The position numbers were made by a program, and so were the translations under genes. From the NCBI GenBank assembly GCA_026395795.1, contig JAPLYB010000015.1, positions 1-61,505 on the forward strand: DNA of 61,505 nucleotides, in the 5' to 3' direction. Under the pieces are notes generated by a model that searched no databases, was not told the DNA's origin, and saw only the letters and a program-made list of their open reading frames with translations. Each line of letters opens with the position of its first letter. Position 1 is the first letter of the stretch. Source of the DNA: Candidatus Pacearchaeota archaeon. GTDB taxonomy: Archaea; Nanobdellota; Nanobdellia; Pacearchaeales; UBA284. Shown here one piece after another: positions 45,225 to 54,656 of the stretch.

Positions 45225-45485
45225 TTAATTGCCTGCTGGTGCATCTGCGTTCTCTGTTGCAGCTGCGGGAGCAGGCTTTTCTGACTTGGTCCCACATTCT
45301 GGACAGAATTTTTCTTCATCATTCACTTGTCTTCCACAACCTTTACAACGAATGATCTCCACCCTTCTTTCTTGTACCGGAATGTATCCTCTTTTTCCAC
45401 TGATTAAATATCCAAAGATTTCTTGCGTCTTTTTATCATCCATATATTTTCTTAAATCCCTACATCCGCCAGAGGTTGTTGCCAT
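45225..45485 (-). CDS. zinc-ribbon protein
   Basis: CKGCGRQVNDEEKFCPECG. 86 aa with an Ala/Pro-rich tail. Confidence 0.55.
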   Translation of the reverse strand: MATTSGGCRDLRKYMDDKKTQEIFGYLISGKRGYIPVQERRVEIIRCKGCGRQVNDEEKFCPECGTKSEKPAPAAATENADAPAGN

Positions 45486-45652
45486 TTTTCTTTTTCTCTT
45501 TTTTTATTTATGAATTATTTTTCAGTTTTTTATATTTTATAAACTTTTCTTAACACTTTTGAACAATAAAACTTGTTAGTGTTTATGACTTTATTTTTGC
45601 ATATCCTTCAATGTGTGAGAAAAAAATAGAAAACTTCTTTTTTGATTAATTT

Positions 45653-45750
45653 CATACAAAAAAAGAGGCCCCCGCAACCCCTCGGGAGGGTCACTATGGG
45701 TTCCCCCTCTTTTTGTATGTTTTTAACATACTCAGTTCCCCGAAAACTGA
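45653..45750. ncRNA. candidate structured small RNA (three adjacent or overlapping hairpins, GC-rich core); strand undetermined
   Basis: The long inverted repeat catacaaaaa(aa)gagg / cctctttttgtatg (45653-45668 with 45706-45719) encloses a GC-rich core of about 37 nt. The hairpins gtatgtt-ttt-aacatac (45715-45731) and tcagtt-ccccgaaa-aactga (45732-45750) follow. The element sits in a 390-bp divergent intergenic region. Confidence 0.3.
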
Positions 45751-45876
45751 AATTCTTAATAATCTGCCGTTGTTTTTCTTTAAATACTTTCTTATATCTT
45801 AGAATATACAATAAAAAACCTATTTTCTTAAGAATTTGATGCAAATGTTTAAAAAAACCCACCGATTCTATTTACT

Positions 45877-47073
45877 ATGAATGATTTTTATAAAAAGAGG
45901 CTGTCTAATGGATTGACTGTTCTATTTGAGAAAAGAAAACTGCCTATTGTGGCAATTGTTGTCCTAACTAAAACCGGGGCAGCGTATGAAGTGAAACAGA
46001 CCAAGGGTTTGGCGCATTTTTTTGAACATATGTTATTTAAAGGAAGTTTTAAAAGAGACCAGAAACAAATTTCTTCTGCAATTGAAAGAGTTGGGGGAAT
46101 CTTGAATGGGTTTACTTCTGAAGAGATGACTGCTTTTTGGTGCAAACTTCCCAGTAAACATTTTGAAAGGGGATTTGACGTTATCACAGATATGGTTGCA
46201 AATCCAAAGCTGGATGCCAAAGAGTTAGAAAGAGAAAGGGGAGTCATTCTTCAAGAGATGAATATGATTCATGACCAGCCAAAACAATTTTTATTTGATA
46301 AGATGAAAGAAATTTCGTACAAGACGCCATTTGCTTGGTCTATTCTCGGATTTAAAGAGAATATTAAGTCGTTTACAAGGAAGAATTTTTCAGATTGGCA
46401 TAATAATTTTTATTGTCCAGATAATCTGGTTGTATCGGTTGTTGGAAACGTGGAATTCTCAGATATTATCTCACTCTGTGAAACTGCTTTTAAGCAGATT
46501 GGAAGGACTCAAATGCCAAAAATTACTATATCAACTAGAAACTCAAATTTTATAGAAAAACGAGAGCATATTGACCAGGCACATCTTGGATTCTTATTTC
46601 ATCTTCCTAAATTAGGAGACGAAAAAAGATATGCTTGCGATGTTATGAATGCTGTTCTTGGAGAAGGGATGAGTTCTAGACTATTCCAAGAAGTTAGAGA
46701 AAAAAGAGGTTTGGCATACACTGTAAAAAGTTTTGTTGAGCAAGAGAGAGACTATGGTCATTGTATGGTTTATGCAGGTGTAGAAAAACCAAATTTAAAA
46801 AAAGTCAAAGAGATTATTTTAAAAGAGATAAAGGGCATGAGGAAAATCGATAAGAAGGAGTTTGAAGACGCAAAAGAACAATGCATAGGAAGAAATGCTG
46901 TTGAAAGTGAACAATGCGAGAATGTTGCGATTCAATTGTTCTTGCAAGAAAGTGTTACAAAGGCAGAGGAGATATACAAATATGCAGATAAGATAAGTGA
47001 AGTAAAACTCAAAGATGTTCTTGACCTAGTGAAATTTAAAGGATTAAGTCAAGGAATGATCGTTCCCGTATAG
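45877..47073 (+). CDS. M16-family (pitrilysin/insulinase-like) zinc peptidase
   Basis: Inverted zinc motif HFFEHMLFKG (HxxEH) with a downstream E. Confidence 0.85.
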   Translation: MNDFYKKRLSNGLTVLFEKRKLPIVAIVVLTKTGAAYEVKQTKGLAHFFEHMLFKGSFKRDQKQISSAIERVGGILNGFTSEEMTAFWCKLPSKHFERGFDVITDMVANPKLDAKELERERGVILQEMNMIHDQPKQFLFDKMKEISYKTPFAWSILGFKENIKSFTRKNFSDWHNNFYCPDNLVVSVVGNVEFSDIISLCETAFKQIGRTQMPKITISTRNSNFIEKREHIDQAHLGFLFHLPKLGDEKRYACDVMNAVLGEGMSSRLFQEVREKRGLAYTVKSFVEQERDYGHCMVYAGVEKPNLKKVKEIILKEIKGMRKIDKKEFEDAKEQCIGRNAVESEQCENVAIQLFLQESVTKAEEIYKYADKISEVKLKDVLDLVKFKGLSQGMIVPV

Positions 47074-47113
47074 GCCCTACATAAATTTAAAAGTTTTAGG
47101 GTGTTTTATATTT

Positions 47114-47890
47114 ATGATAATTGTTGAAGTCCCGATGATAAATGGTCTTGGAAAAACAAAAGGATGTGAGGATGCCCCCTGTATGATCACCACTTCACTT
47201 TCTAAAAATAGGAAGAATTTTCAAATTGTTGAGTTGAACCTAAGCAAAAAGAATTTAGAAGAGAGTCAAAGAATTATCTTCAAGGAAGCCATGGATATTA
47301 TTAAAAAGAATAAAGATAACAATGAAAAGATTCTTTTTTTAGGAGGGGATCACTCTATAAGCTATCCCCTTGTAAATGCTTTTAATCAAGTTCACCCCTT
47401 ACCTTTTTTGATTGTATTTGATGCGCATGTTGATCTAATGGAACCTATGAAAGAACCAACGCATGAAGAATGGTTAAGAGCAATAATCGAAAAAGGATTT
47501 GATTCAAAGAATATTTTGCTTATTGGCGGACAGAAAATTTATGATGAAGAAAAAGACTTTTTGAAAAAATCAAAAATTAGACTTGTAAATAAAAAAGAAG
47601 TAGATGAAATGATTTCCAATCCGCAAAAACTAAATTTTTTGAATGAATATGGCGCGATTTATTTAAGCATAGATATAGATGTTTTAGACTCAAGTTTTTT
47701 TAGCGCTACTGGTTACCCTGAAAAGGGAGGTTTGAGCAAAGAACAATTTGAAAAGTTATTACGAGCAATTTTTCTTTTTAAAAATGTCAAAGCTTTAGAT
47801 CTCGTGGAAATAAATCCAGACAAAGATTTAAATAATAAAAACGTGAAATTAATATCAGAGGTCTTGTCTAACATCTTTCAAGATTACTGA
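47114..47890 (+). CDS. arginase/agmatinase-family ureohydrolase
   Basis: The Mn-ligand blocks LGGDHSISYP, VFDAHVDL and LSIDIDVLDS. Confidence 0.8.
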   Translation: MIIVEVPMINGLGKTKGCEDAPCMITTSLSKNRKNFQIVELNLSKKNLEESQRIIFKEAMDIIKKNKDNNEKILFLGGDHSISYPLVNAFNQVHPLPFLIVFDAHVDLMEPMKEPTHEEWLRAIIEKGFDSKNILLIGGQKIYDEEKDFLKKSKIRLVNKKEVDEMISNPQKLNFLNEYGAIYLSIDIDVLDSSFFSATGYPEKGGLSKEQFEKLLRAIFLFKNVKALDLVEINPDKDLNNKNVKLISEVLSNIFQDY

Positions 47891-47916
47891 AAAAGTAAGA
47901 GTGAAAAAGAGGAAAA

Positions 47917-48519
47917 ATGAATAGAACATTAAAATTATTGATAGCATCAGACAGTCTGGTGTTTACTGGATTTGGACTTGTGGCCCCCATCTTAGCGGTT
48001 TATTTAAAAAATTCTATTGGCGGGAGTTTAGAGGCTATTGGGTTGATGACCACGTTATTTTTAGTATCTAAAACCGTTTTTCAACTATTGTTCTCAAAGG
48101 TTTTTGAGCCTAAACAAAGATTCTTCATGGTTTGTGTAGGAACATTAATGATCGCCCTTGTTCCATTTATTTATCTCTTTTCTAGTCAAATGTGGCATTT
48201 TTATATTGCTCAGGTCCTTTATGGAATTGGGGGTGGTTTAGCCTATCCTGCTTGGTTCTCATTGTTTTCATCTAATCTAACAAAAGGAAAACAAGGTTTT
48301 GAGTGGAGTGTTTATTCAGGGCTAGTTGGGCTTGGCGCTGCTGTTTCTGCTTCCATAGGATCAATTCTTGCAAATAAATGGGGATTTAATCTTGTGTTCT
48401 TCTTAGCAGGAGTCGTGTCCATTATTGGAATGTTAATTCTCCTTGGACTTGAGAGAAATAATCTCAAGAGAATCCTGCCAAGCGAAATGTTTGTGAATAA
48501 ACATAAACCGGTGCACTAA
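47917..48519 (+). CDS. half-size (6-TM) MFS-like transporter
   Basis: 200 aa with about six hydrophobic helices, resembling an MFS N-terminal half. Confidence 0.5.
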   Translation: MNRTLKLLIASDSLVFTGFGLVAPILAVYLKNSIGGSLEAIGLMTTLFLVSKTVFQLLFSKVFEPKQRFFMVCVGTLMIALVPFIYLFSSQMWHFYIAQVLYGIGGGLAYPAWFSLFSSNLTKGKQGFEWSVYSGLVGLGAAVSASIGSILANKWGFNLVFFLAGVVSIIGMLILLGLERNNLKRILPSEMFVNKHKPVH

Positions 48520-48520
48520 A

Positions 48521-49045
48521 ATGAGATGTTTTTTAGCAATCGATTTGCCAGAAGAAGTTAAAGAAGAACTTTTGAGAATTGAAAGAGAGATCCAACCATT
48601 TTTAGTTGGAAATTTTGTTGAATCAAAGAATATGCATTTAACTCTAAAGTTTCTTGGAGAGATCGATGAAGCTAAGTTAAAAGATATCCGGAAAAAACTG
48701 AAAAAAATAAAGCTTAAGAAATTTAAAGCTGGTTTGGGAAAATTTGGATTTTTTTCTCCTTCTTTTATTCGGGTCGTTTGGATCTCTGTAGAGCCAAAGG
48801 AAATTATTAAAGGATTATATGAAGAAATTGAAAAGGCCCTTGGAAATAAACCCGCGGGTTTTGAAAGTCATGTCGCTCTTGTTAGAGTTAAAAAGATAGA
48901 TGATAAAAGAAGTTTTTTAAGTAAAACCCTGAGAATAAAAATTAAAACTAAGGGGTTTGAAGTCAAGGAATTTGTTCTGAAAAAATCAACCTTGACTCCC
49001 AATGGCCCAATTTATGAAGACCTTGAAGAGTTTGAACTAAATTAG
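48521..49045 (+). CDS. thpR: RNA 2',3'-cyclic phosphodiesterase / 2'-5' RNA ligase family (2H phosphoesterase)
   Basis: Two H-x-T/S-x-type motifs, HLTLKFLG and HVALVRV (the second has Ala in place of Thr). Confidence 0.75.
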   Translation: MRCFLAIDLPEEVKEELLRIEREIQPFLVGNFVESKNMHLTLKFLGEIDEAKLKDIRKKLKKIKLKKFKAGLGKFGFFSPSFIRVVWISVEPKEIIKGLYEEIEKALGNKPAGFESHVALVRVKKIDDKRSFLSKTLRIKIKTKGFEVKEFVLKKSTLTPNGPIYEDLEEFELN

Positions 49046-49662
49046 TTTTCAGGGTAAGGGAATTCTAGAATCTTTTTCATGTCTTCAATTTTATTTTTAT
49101 TTAGACATTTTTTCAAGTCTTTTTTCTTTGCATTTACAACTTTTTTAATTGTTTTAAATTCTTTTAATAAGTCTTTTGCTGTCGTTGGTCCAATTCCTGG
49201 AAATGATTCTAGGATAATTTGTTGTTGATCTTGTAGCGATCTCGCTAACCTTTTAGCAACTAGAGAGACTTCTTTTGAAGGCCTGTTCTCTTTTTTGTCT
49301 AACAAAATCAAGTAGTCTGCTGTTTCTTCATAATTCTCTGAGAAGATAATCGGAATTTGAAATTCTAAAGAAATAGAAAGGATCATGCCCCTGATTGCAT
49401 TAGGGTGAATGTTGATATTCATCCTTTCTCTGCCTTCAATGATCAATAATTGCTTTGGAAATTGCTTAAGATTCTGAAGTTGGAGCATCAGTCTTTTTGA
49501 GAGCATACTTGAAATAAAATCATTCATTGTTTTTCTTTCAATGGCTAAATCTCCGACGATATAATCTCCAACCTCTATGTGTCGGATACTTATTTCCTGT
49601 TTTCTTCCAATCAGTTCAGAAACTAGTAAGGAATTTTTTTCTCTATGATCTACTATTATCAT
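49042..49662 (-). CDS. XPF/ERCC4-type nuclease with a C-terminal (HhH)2 (Hef nuclease half)
   Basis: IIVDHREKNS, the ERCC4 core VGDYIVGDLAIERKTMNDF, and a C-terminal LESFPGIGPTTAKDLLKEF. Confidence 0.85.
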   Translation of the reverse strand: MIIVDHREKNSLLVSELIGRKQEISIRHIEVGDYIVGDLAIERKTMNDFISSMLSKRLMLQLQNLKQFPKQLLIIEGRERMNINIHPNAIRGMILSISLEFQIPIIFSENYEETADYLILLDKKENRPSKEVSLVAKRLARSLQDQQQIILESFPGIGPTTAKDLLKEFKTIKKVVNAKKKDLKKCLNKNKIEDMKKILEFPYPEN

Positions 49663-49779
49663 ATCTCTTCAATATCAAACGATTTTAATAACTTTGTCAT
49701 AATCTTTTAGAAATAGGCATCTTAAGGTTATTCGATATTTTCGAATTTATAATATATGGGTGCGGGAATGTTCTTTGTT

Positions 49780-50031
49780 TCAACCCTTTATTTTCAAAAG
49801 ATTTCTTATCTTGTTTTCATCAAATCCGATAATAATATTATTATTAATGTCTATCACTGGGACACCCATCTGTCCTGATTTTTCAATCATTTCTTCTGCT
49901 GCTTTTTGATTTTTAGAAACATCTATCTCCTTGAATTCTATCCCGTGCTCTTTGAAAAAGTTTTTAGCAACAATGCACCAAGGGCAACTACTTGTTCCAT
50001 ATACTTTAATATGGTCTTTTTTTTCAATCAT
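49780..50031 (-). CDS. glutaredoxin/NrdH-like small redox protein
   Basis: VYGTSSCPWCIVAKNFF ... GVPVIDINN. Confidence 0.8.
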   Translation of the reverse strand: MIEKKDHIKVYGTSSCPWCIVAKNFFKEHGIEFKEIDVSKNQKAAEEMIEKSGQMGVPVIDINNNIIIGFDENKIRNLLKIKG

Positions 50032-50033
50032 TT

Positions 50034-50987
50034 TTATTTTTCAAACGAATTTATTAGTGTTACGAGCTCCTTTTGTTTTCTTTTGATTGAAAACCCAACA
50101 TATTTATAAAAGTTTCGCATACCCTCTTTGTTATAAATTAAAAGTTCATATTGTTGTCTCTTACTTCCGAATCCAGAATGAACCCCGGGCCTAATTTTGT
50201 AGGTGATGCATAAACTATCTAAACAGGTTTTAACAAGGTTGATTGTTTTTATCTTACTATTCGAAAAATGAATCCATCTTTTTGCTTTTCTTCTGCATTC
50301 AAGGTTTTTTGCTATCACTCCCCCCTCAGAATCGTACATCCCTCTTAAAAAATAGATTCTTACTTGTCTGTTTTGCCTTAATACATTTTTTACATTGACG
50401 TCTTTAATGATTTTTGCACAATCGATAGAATACAATGCAACATAGTGTTCGCTATGATTATTATATTCTTTTGCTTTAATCCCGGACCATCTCCCTAAAA
50501 CTTCTTTAAAATTGTCAGCAAAGTCTTTATCTTTAACATGTAACCCGATTATTGCGCTAGTTCTAAGTTTAGATTTTCTTATGTAACAATATCCGTCCCC
50601 ATGAATAACCCCTAAAATGTATGCCAGCTCTTTAGTCACTTTCTTAATATCCTTTTTGATTTGATGGTGTTTTGGTCTGCTAGTTTTGAGATTGGCTTTA
50701 TTTTTTGCATTATTAAATGATCCAAAAAATCGGAGTGTTGCTTGATAGAGCTTTTGTGAAACTTCTCTTACTGAAGGGCTATGGCCTATTTTTTTATTTA
50801 GGTTTTTTAATTCAAGAATTATCTCTTCTTCGGTCCATTTGTTGGAATGTTTTAATTCTAATTGATATTTCTTTTTGGCAATTGCACCAATAGTCCTATC
50901 TAGGTTTTGACTTAGAGTTTTGTTTTTTGATTTGTACTCCTTTTTTAGAAAATTTATCTCTTTTTTCGTCCAATGCTGCGCTTTCAT
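50034..50987 (-). CDS. free-standing double-motif LAGLIDADG homing-endonuclease-like protein with N-terminal Myb/SANT-like repeats
   Basis: LAYILGVIHGDGYCY and IYFLRGMYDSEGGV. The N-terminus has WTKKEINFLKKEY and WTEEEIILEL. Confidence 0.8.
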   Translation of the reverse strand: MKAQHWTKKEINFLKKEYKSKNKTLSQNLDRTIGAIAKKKYQLELKHSNKWTEEEIILELKNLNKKIGHSPSVREVSQKLYQATLRFFGSFNNAKNKANLKTSRPKHHQIKKDIKKVTKELAYILGVIHGDGYCYIRKSKLRTSAIIGLHVKDKDFADNFKEVLGRWSGIKAKEYNNHSEHYVALYSIDCAKIIKDVNVKNVLRQNRQVRIYFLRGMYDSEGGVIAKNLECRRKAKRWIHFSNSKIKTINLVKTCLDSLCITYKIRPGVHSGFGSKRQQYELLIYNKEGMRNFYKYVGFSIKRKQKELVTLINSFEK

Positions 50988-51075
50988 TATCGATAAGGGG
51001 GGTTGTTCTTATAAATGTTGTGTTGAGTAGATTATGACTATAAGTCTTCTACCCCCCTTTTACAACGCTTCAAAA

Positions 51076-52599
51076 TTAAAATAATGTCTTCTGTTTGTTT
51101 TTCTCTCCCTGTTTCTTTAGATCGCTTTTAACTTCGTCTAGAATGCTATACATCTTCTTTTCTTTATGATGTGCTGCCCAATGAGATGTTTCATCTCGTG
51201 TGCCTTTTGTCATCAATATGACTAATCTCCCTGGTGCAAGTCTCGCGGTTCTCCCTGCTCTTTGGATCTTCCTTATAGCACTTGGGACTGGTTCATAAAA
51301 TATCACGAGATTTACTTCTGGGATATCTAATCCCTCTTCACCAATTGATGTTGAAACAAGACAGTTTATCTCACTTTGTTTAAATTTATGGAGAATTGCA
51401 TGTTGCTCTTTTTGACTTAGTCCATTAACTAGTTTCTTCTTTGCTTGCCCAATGAAGACTGCAGACTTTATTCCTATCTTCTTAAATTTCTCATTTATGG
51501 TAGCCCCTGTATCACGATATTGTGCGAACACCAGAATCTTTGCATTTTGATTTTCTTTCAAAGTTTCTTGTACAATCTCTAATAGTTTCGCTAGTTTTGG
51601 GTGTTCAAAACCTTGTTTAGATAGGTTTGTTGCTAAAATATAAGCATCTTGGAATTCATGAGACGCAACAATTTGTACAACGGCCTTACTTTTTTTTTCT
51701 TTGGCTTGGGCGTACATATCATCTAGATAACTAACAAGTGTTTCTAAGGTTTGAGTCTCAACTAATTCGATGGCGTGACCAATTTTAATGACTTGTGCAC
51801 AAACAGATATCCCTCGAAGAATGTTAAAGTTTTTATTTCCAGCTATGACCATGCCCCTTAGTTTTATTTGTAATTCAAGAAGAGTCACTTTTGTAACTTG
51901 TTTGAAAATCAGTTTACGATTTCTAAGTTCTTCTACTTTTTTGTCGTATAAGGCTTTTAGAAGAGATCTAATATCTTGCAATTCTTGTGGAAAATCTATC
52001 TTAATTAGATCGTAAGTCAATTTTTGCAAGTAAGGAATAACATCTTCTGATTCCCTGGTCCTTACTTCTACTTCTTCTATGCCAAGATTATCGCAAATCT
52101 CTTTGACTTTCTCTTTGTCTGAACCTGGAGAAGCAGTCAGTCCAAGGATCCTTGCATGTTGCGATTGTTCTTTGAATGCTTTAACAACAAATGTATATGA
52201 ATAATTTTTTAAGCATCTATGCGCCTCGTCTTCAATCAACAAGGACACGTCTTTTAGATCAATAAGCTCATTCTTGAGGTCATTGTGGATGCATTGGGGT
52301 GTTGAGAAGATGATTATCGCTTTTTCCCAGATTTCTGCTCTTTTACTTGGATTTATCTTTCCTGTGAAGATATGCATCTCCTTTACTGGAAAATATTTTT
52401 TGAAATAATCATAGTGCTGTTCTACAAGAGGACGTGTGGGGGCAAGAAAAAGGATTTTTGATCCAGGATATAGATGGAGCCTCTCTTTAGCAAGAAGTAA
52501 TGCTATCAGAGTTTTCCCCAATCCTGTCGGAATAATAACTAGACAATTCTTATTTTTGCAGGTTTCTACTATGCTCTTTTGATATTCTCTTGGTTCCAT
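51076..52599 (-). CDS. Hef/FANCM-type SF2 helicase (Hef helicase half)
   Basis: EPREYQ, motif I IIPTGLGKT, motif II IEDEAHR, motif III LTASPG and motif VI IQRAGRTAR. 507 aa. Confidence 0.85.
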   Translation of the reverse strand: MEPREYQKSIVETCKNKNCLVIIPTGLGKTLIALLLAKERLHLYPGSKILFLAPTRPLVEQHYDYFKKYFPVKEMHIFTGKINPSKRAEIWEKAIIIFSTPQCIHNDLKNELIDLKDVSLLIEDEAHRCLKNYSYTFVVKAFKEQSQHARILGLTASPGSDKEKVKEICDNLGIEEVEVRTRESEDVIPYLQKLTYDLIKIDFPQELQDIRSLLKALYDKKVEELRNRKLIFKQVTKVTLLELQIKLRGMVIAGNKNFNILRGISVCAQVIKIGHAIELVETQTLETLVSYLDDMYAQAKEKKSKAVVQIVASHEFQDAYILATNLSKQGFEHPKLAKLLEIVQETLKENQNAKILVFAQYRDTGATINEKFKKIGIKSAVFIGQAKKKLVNGLSQKEQHAILHKFKQSEINCLVSTSIGEEGLDIPEVNLVIFYEPVPSAIRKIQRAGRTARLAPGRLVILMTKGTRDETSHWAAHHKEKKMYSILDEVKSDLKKQGEKNKQKTLF

Positions 52600-52671
52600 A
52601 TCAGAAAAAGGACAAAGACTTTATAAAGAATTCTTCATTTTATAAATAGATCAAATAAATGGAGGTTAAAA

Positions 52672-52869
52672 ATGTGCTTTAAGTGGTATGAAGAAAAATC
52701 AAAGAGATTAGGTTTCATAGGAGTAAAAGCGGCCAAATGGAGTGCTTTTTTCTTGGCATTAATGATTGCTAAACTCTGGCCAGGAATCTTGGGACTTAAT
52801 TGGTATTGGTATTTGGTAATCGCATTGGTTTTAATAATTATTGCGATGATTAAAGTGTTTAAGAAATAA
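52672..52869 (+). CDS. small membrane protein
   Basis: 65 aa with two hydrophobic helices. It overlaps the 3' end of the convergent HIT gene. Confidence 0.35.
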   Translation: MCFKWYEEKSKRLGFIGVKAAKWSAFFLALMIAKLWPGILGLNWYWYLVIALVLIIIAMIKVFKK

Positions 52870-53301
52870 TTTTTTATCTTTCTTTTTATTTTTTAATTCT
52901 TTAGAAATCTTTTCTGCAATTTCTTTCATTTCTTTTTTTGAAATGTCTTTAACATTCTTCATATCAAGCCAACCAAAAGGATGACCATCACCTTTAAATT
53001 TGGGGACAAGCCAAACATGGGCATGTTGAACTGCTTCTCCAAAAATAATAGACACAATTAATTCTGTTTTCATAATTTCTTTTATCGCATTTGCTATTTT
53101 TTGTGTGACTTTAAAATATTTGTCTATGTTTGGAACATCCCAAACCCATTTGTAATGTTTTTTAGGAATAACGAGAGTATGACCTGGGTTTAAAGGACGG
53201 ATATCAAGAAATGCTAAAAAGTCCTTATCTTCGTAGACTTTGTAGTAGGGAATCTTTCCTTCAACTAGCTTGCAGAAAATGCAATATTTTTTCTCTGGCA
53301 T
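52831..53301 (-). CDS. HIT-family (histidine triad) nucleotide hydrolase/transferase
   Basis: CIFCKLVEG and the histidine triad QHAHVWLVP. Confidence 0.85.
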   Translation of the reverse strand: MPEKKYCIFCKLVEGKIPYYKVYEDKDFLAFLDIRPLNPGHTLVIPKKHYKWVWDVPNIDKYFKVTQKIANAIKEIMKTELIVSIIFGEAVQHAHVWLVPKFKGDGHPFGWLDMKNVKDISKKEMKEIAEKISKELKNKKKDKKLFLKHFNHRNNY

Positions 53302-53519
53302 TTTAAATTATTTAACCAATATATTTTAACTCTTTTTCTATGTCTTCTTCTTTCGGAGATTCTAATCCAAGCTCTTTATTCATTTCAGCTTCAATGTTCT
53401 CGACTTCTCTTTTCTTTATTTTCTTTACCATACTTTTTATAATTTTTACTCATATAAAAAGCTTTGTACAAACATTTTTATTTGAGAACATATTAAAAAA
53501 TTGTGAAAAGGAGAAAGAC

Positions 53520-54359
53520 ATGAAGACAAATAATAAGTCTAAAAAGGTTCTGTTTGTATTGCTTGCTCTTTTTCTCTCTGCTATAATTTTTGCGTTTTTC
53601 AAATTAGACCCTCTCGAATTAACTGGAAAAAGCATTTCTGTCGGAGAGATGGAAACAGTTACAAAAGTAATTGATGGAGACACGGTTATAATCTCTGGGG
53701 GAGACAGCGTCCGTCTACTGGGGATAGATGCTGACGAACGAGGTTATCCTTGTTATAATGCGGCTAAAGAACGAGTTGAGGAACTTCTCTTAGGAAAAGA
53801 AGTTTATCTTGAGAAAGGCAAAGAAGATCTAGATATTTATGGGAGAGAATTAAGATACATTCTTTTTAATGGAGAAAATATCAATCTGAAACTTATCCAA
53901 GAGGGTTTTGTTATTGCACGTATAGAAGAAGAGGATAGATATAAGCAAGAATTTGTGGATGCTGAAAATTATGCAAGAGAGAACAATCTCGGATGTAAAT
54001 GGAGCGGGGATTGGTTGCCTGGAAGTAATATTCAAACAAATGTTTCTTGGAACAAGCTGTCTGGAAATGCTATTCTTGCATGTGCTGCTAAGGGTTTTAT
54101 TGACAAAACTATGATTGTTGAAGGAAAAGTCATCGACATATACCAAAGTTCAAGTAATACGGTATTTATCAACTTTGAAAAACCATACCCTAATTCTTGT
54201 TTTACAGCAGTGATATTTAAATCAGATTTAGGAAAGTTTGACAGTTTAGATATCTATAAAAATAAAGTTGTTCGAGTTAAGGGAAAAATCAAAGAGTATG
54301 AAGGCAAGCCAGAAATGATCCTTGAAAATGAAGATATGATTGAAGTAGGACAGAATTAA
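53520..54359 (+). CDS. membrane-anchored or secreted staphylococcal-nuclease-like thermonuclease with a C-terminal OB-like domain
   Basis: The ATG at 53520 is preceded by aaggagaaaga. A TM/signal segment VLFVLLALFLSAIIFAF is followed by VIDGDTVII..SVRLLGIDADE...RELRYILFNGENINLKLIQEGF. Confidence 0.8.
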   Translation: MKTNNKSKKVLFVLLALFLSAIIFAFFKLDPLELTGKSISVGEMETVTKVIDGDTVIISGGDSVRLLGIDADERGYPCYNAAKERVEELLLGKEVYLEKGKEDLDIYGRELRYILFNGENINLKLIQEGFVIARIEEEDRYKQEFVDAENYARENNLGCKWSGDWLPGSNIQTNVSWNKLSGNAILACAAKGFIDKTMIVEGKVIDIYQSSSNTVFINFEKPYPNSCFTAVIFKSDLGKFDSLDIYKNKVVRVKGKIKEYEGKPEMILENEDMIEVGQN

Positions 54360-54392
54360 GTTTAAATATGTTCTAGATTAATGAAATTATAG

Positions 54393-54463
54393 GGGCCTAT
54401 AGTACAACGGTAGTACGCGCCCATGGCATGGGTGTGGTTCGGGTTCGATTCCCGATAGGTCCA
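54393..54463 (+). tRNA. tRNA-Ala (anticodon GGC)
   Basis: Acceptor GGGCCTA/TAGGTCC with the G3:U70 alanine identity pair, D-arm GTAC-AACGGTA-GTAC, anticodon arm CGCCC-AT-GGC-AT-GGGTG, T-arm TCGGG-TTCGATT-CCCGA, and discriminator A. Confidence 0.88.
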
Positions 54464-54545
54464 TTCTGGTTTTTAGGGAATCGAACGGGTTCCGCTAGAA
54501 AATTAGGAATTTTCTGCGCCCCAAAAATGTAAACCTTTTTTAGGG

Positions 54546-54564
54546 GATTCCCGATAGGTCCATT
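54546..54564 (+). repeat. 19-bp direct duplicate of the tRNA-Ala 3' end (att-like scar)
   Basis: gattcccgataggtccatt at 54447-54465 is repeated exactly at 54546-54564. An inverted partial T-arm copy (gggaatcgaac) lies between the two copies. Confidence 0.85.
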
Positions 54565-54656
54565 TATTTCAATTCATCAACTAGCTTGTCAATCTTGACT
54601 CTCTTCTGTTTCATTGAATCTCTGTCTAGTTAATAGCGAGGTTTTATAAATAAGGG

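Noticed and set aside
47917-48519. Half-size MFS gene as a pseudogene
   Set aside because: The reading frame is intact and ends 1 nt before the next gene. With no second half adjacent, I cannot tell truncation from a genuine 6-TM protein, so it is kept as a CDS with low confidence.
53340-53519. 5' extension of the thermonuclease ORF
   Set aside because: The extension is Phe/Ser-rich and lies in the divergent promoter region. The ATG at 53520 has an aaggag-like sequence upstream and yields a normal signal/anchor peptide.
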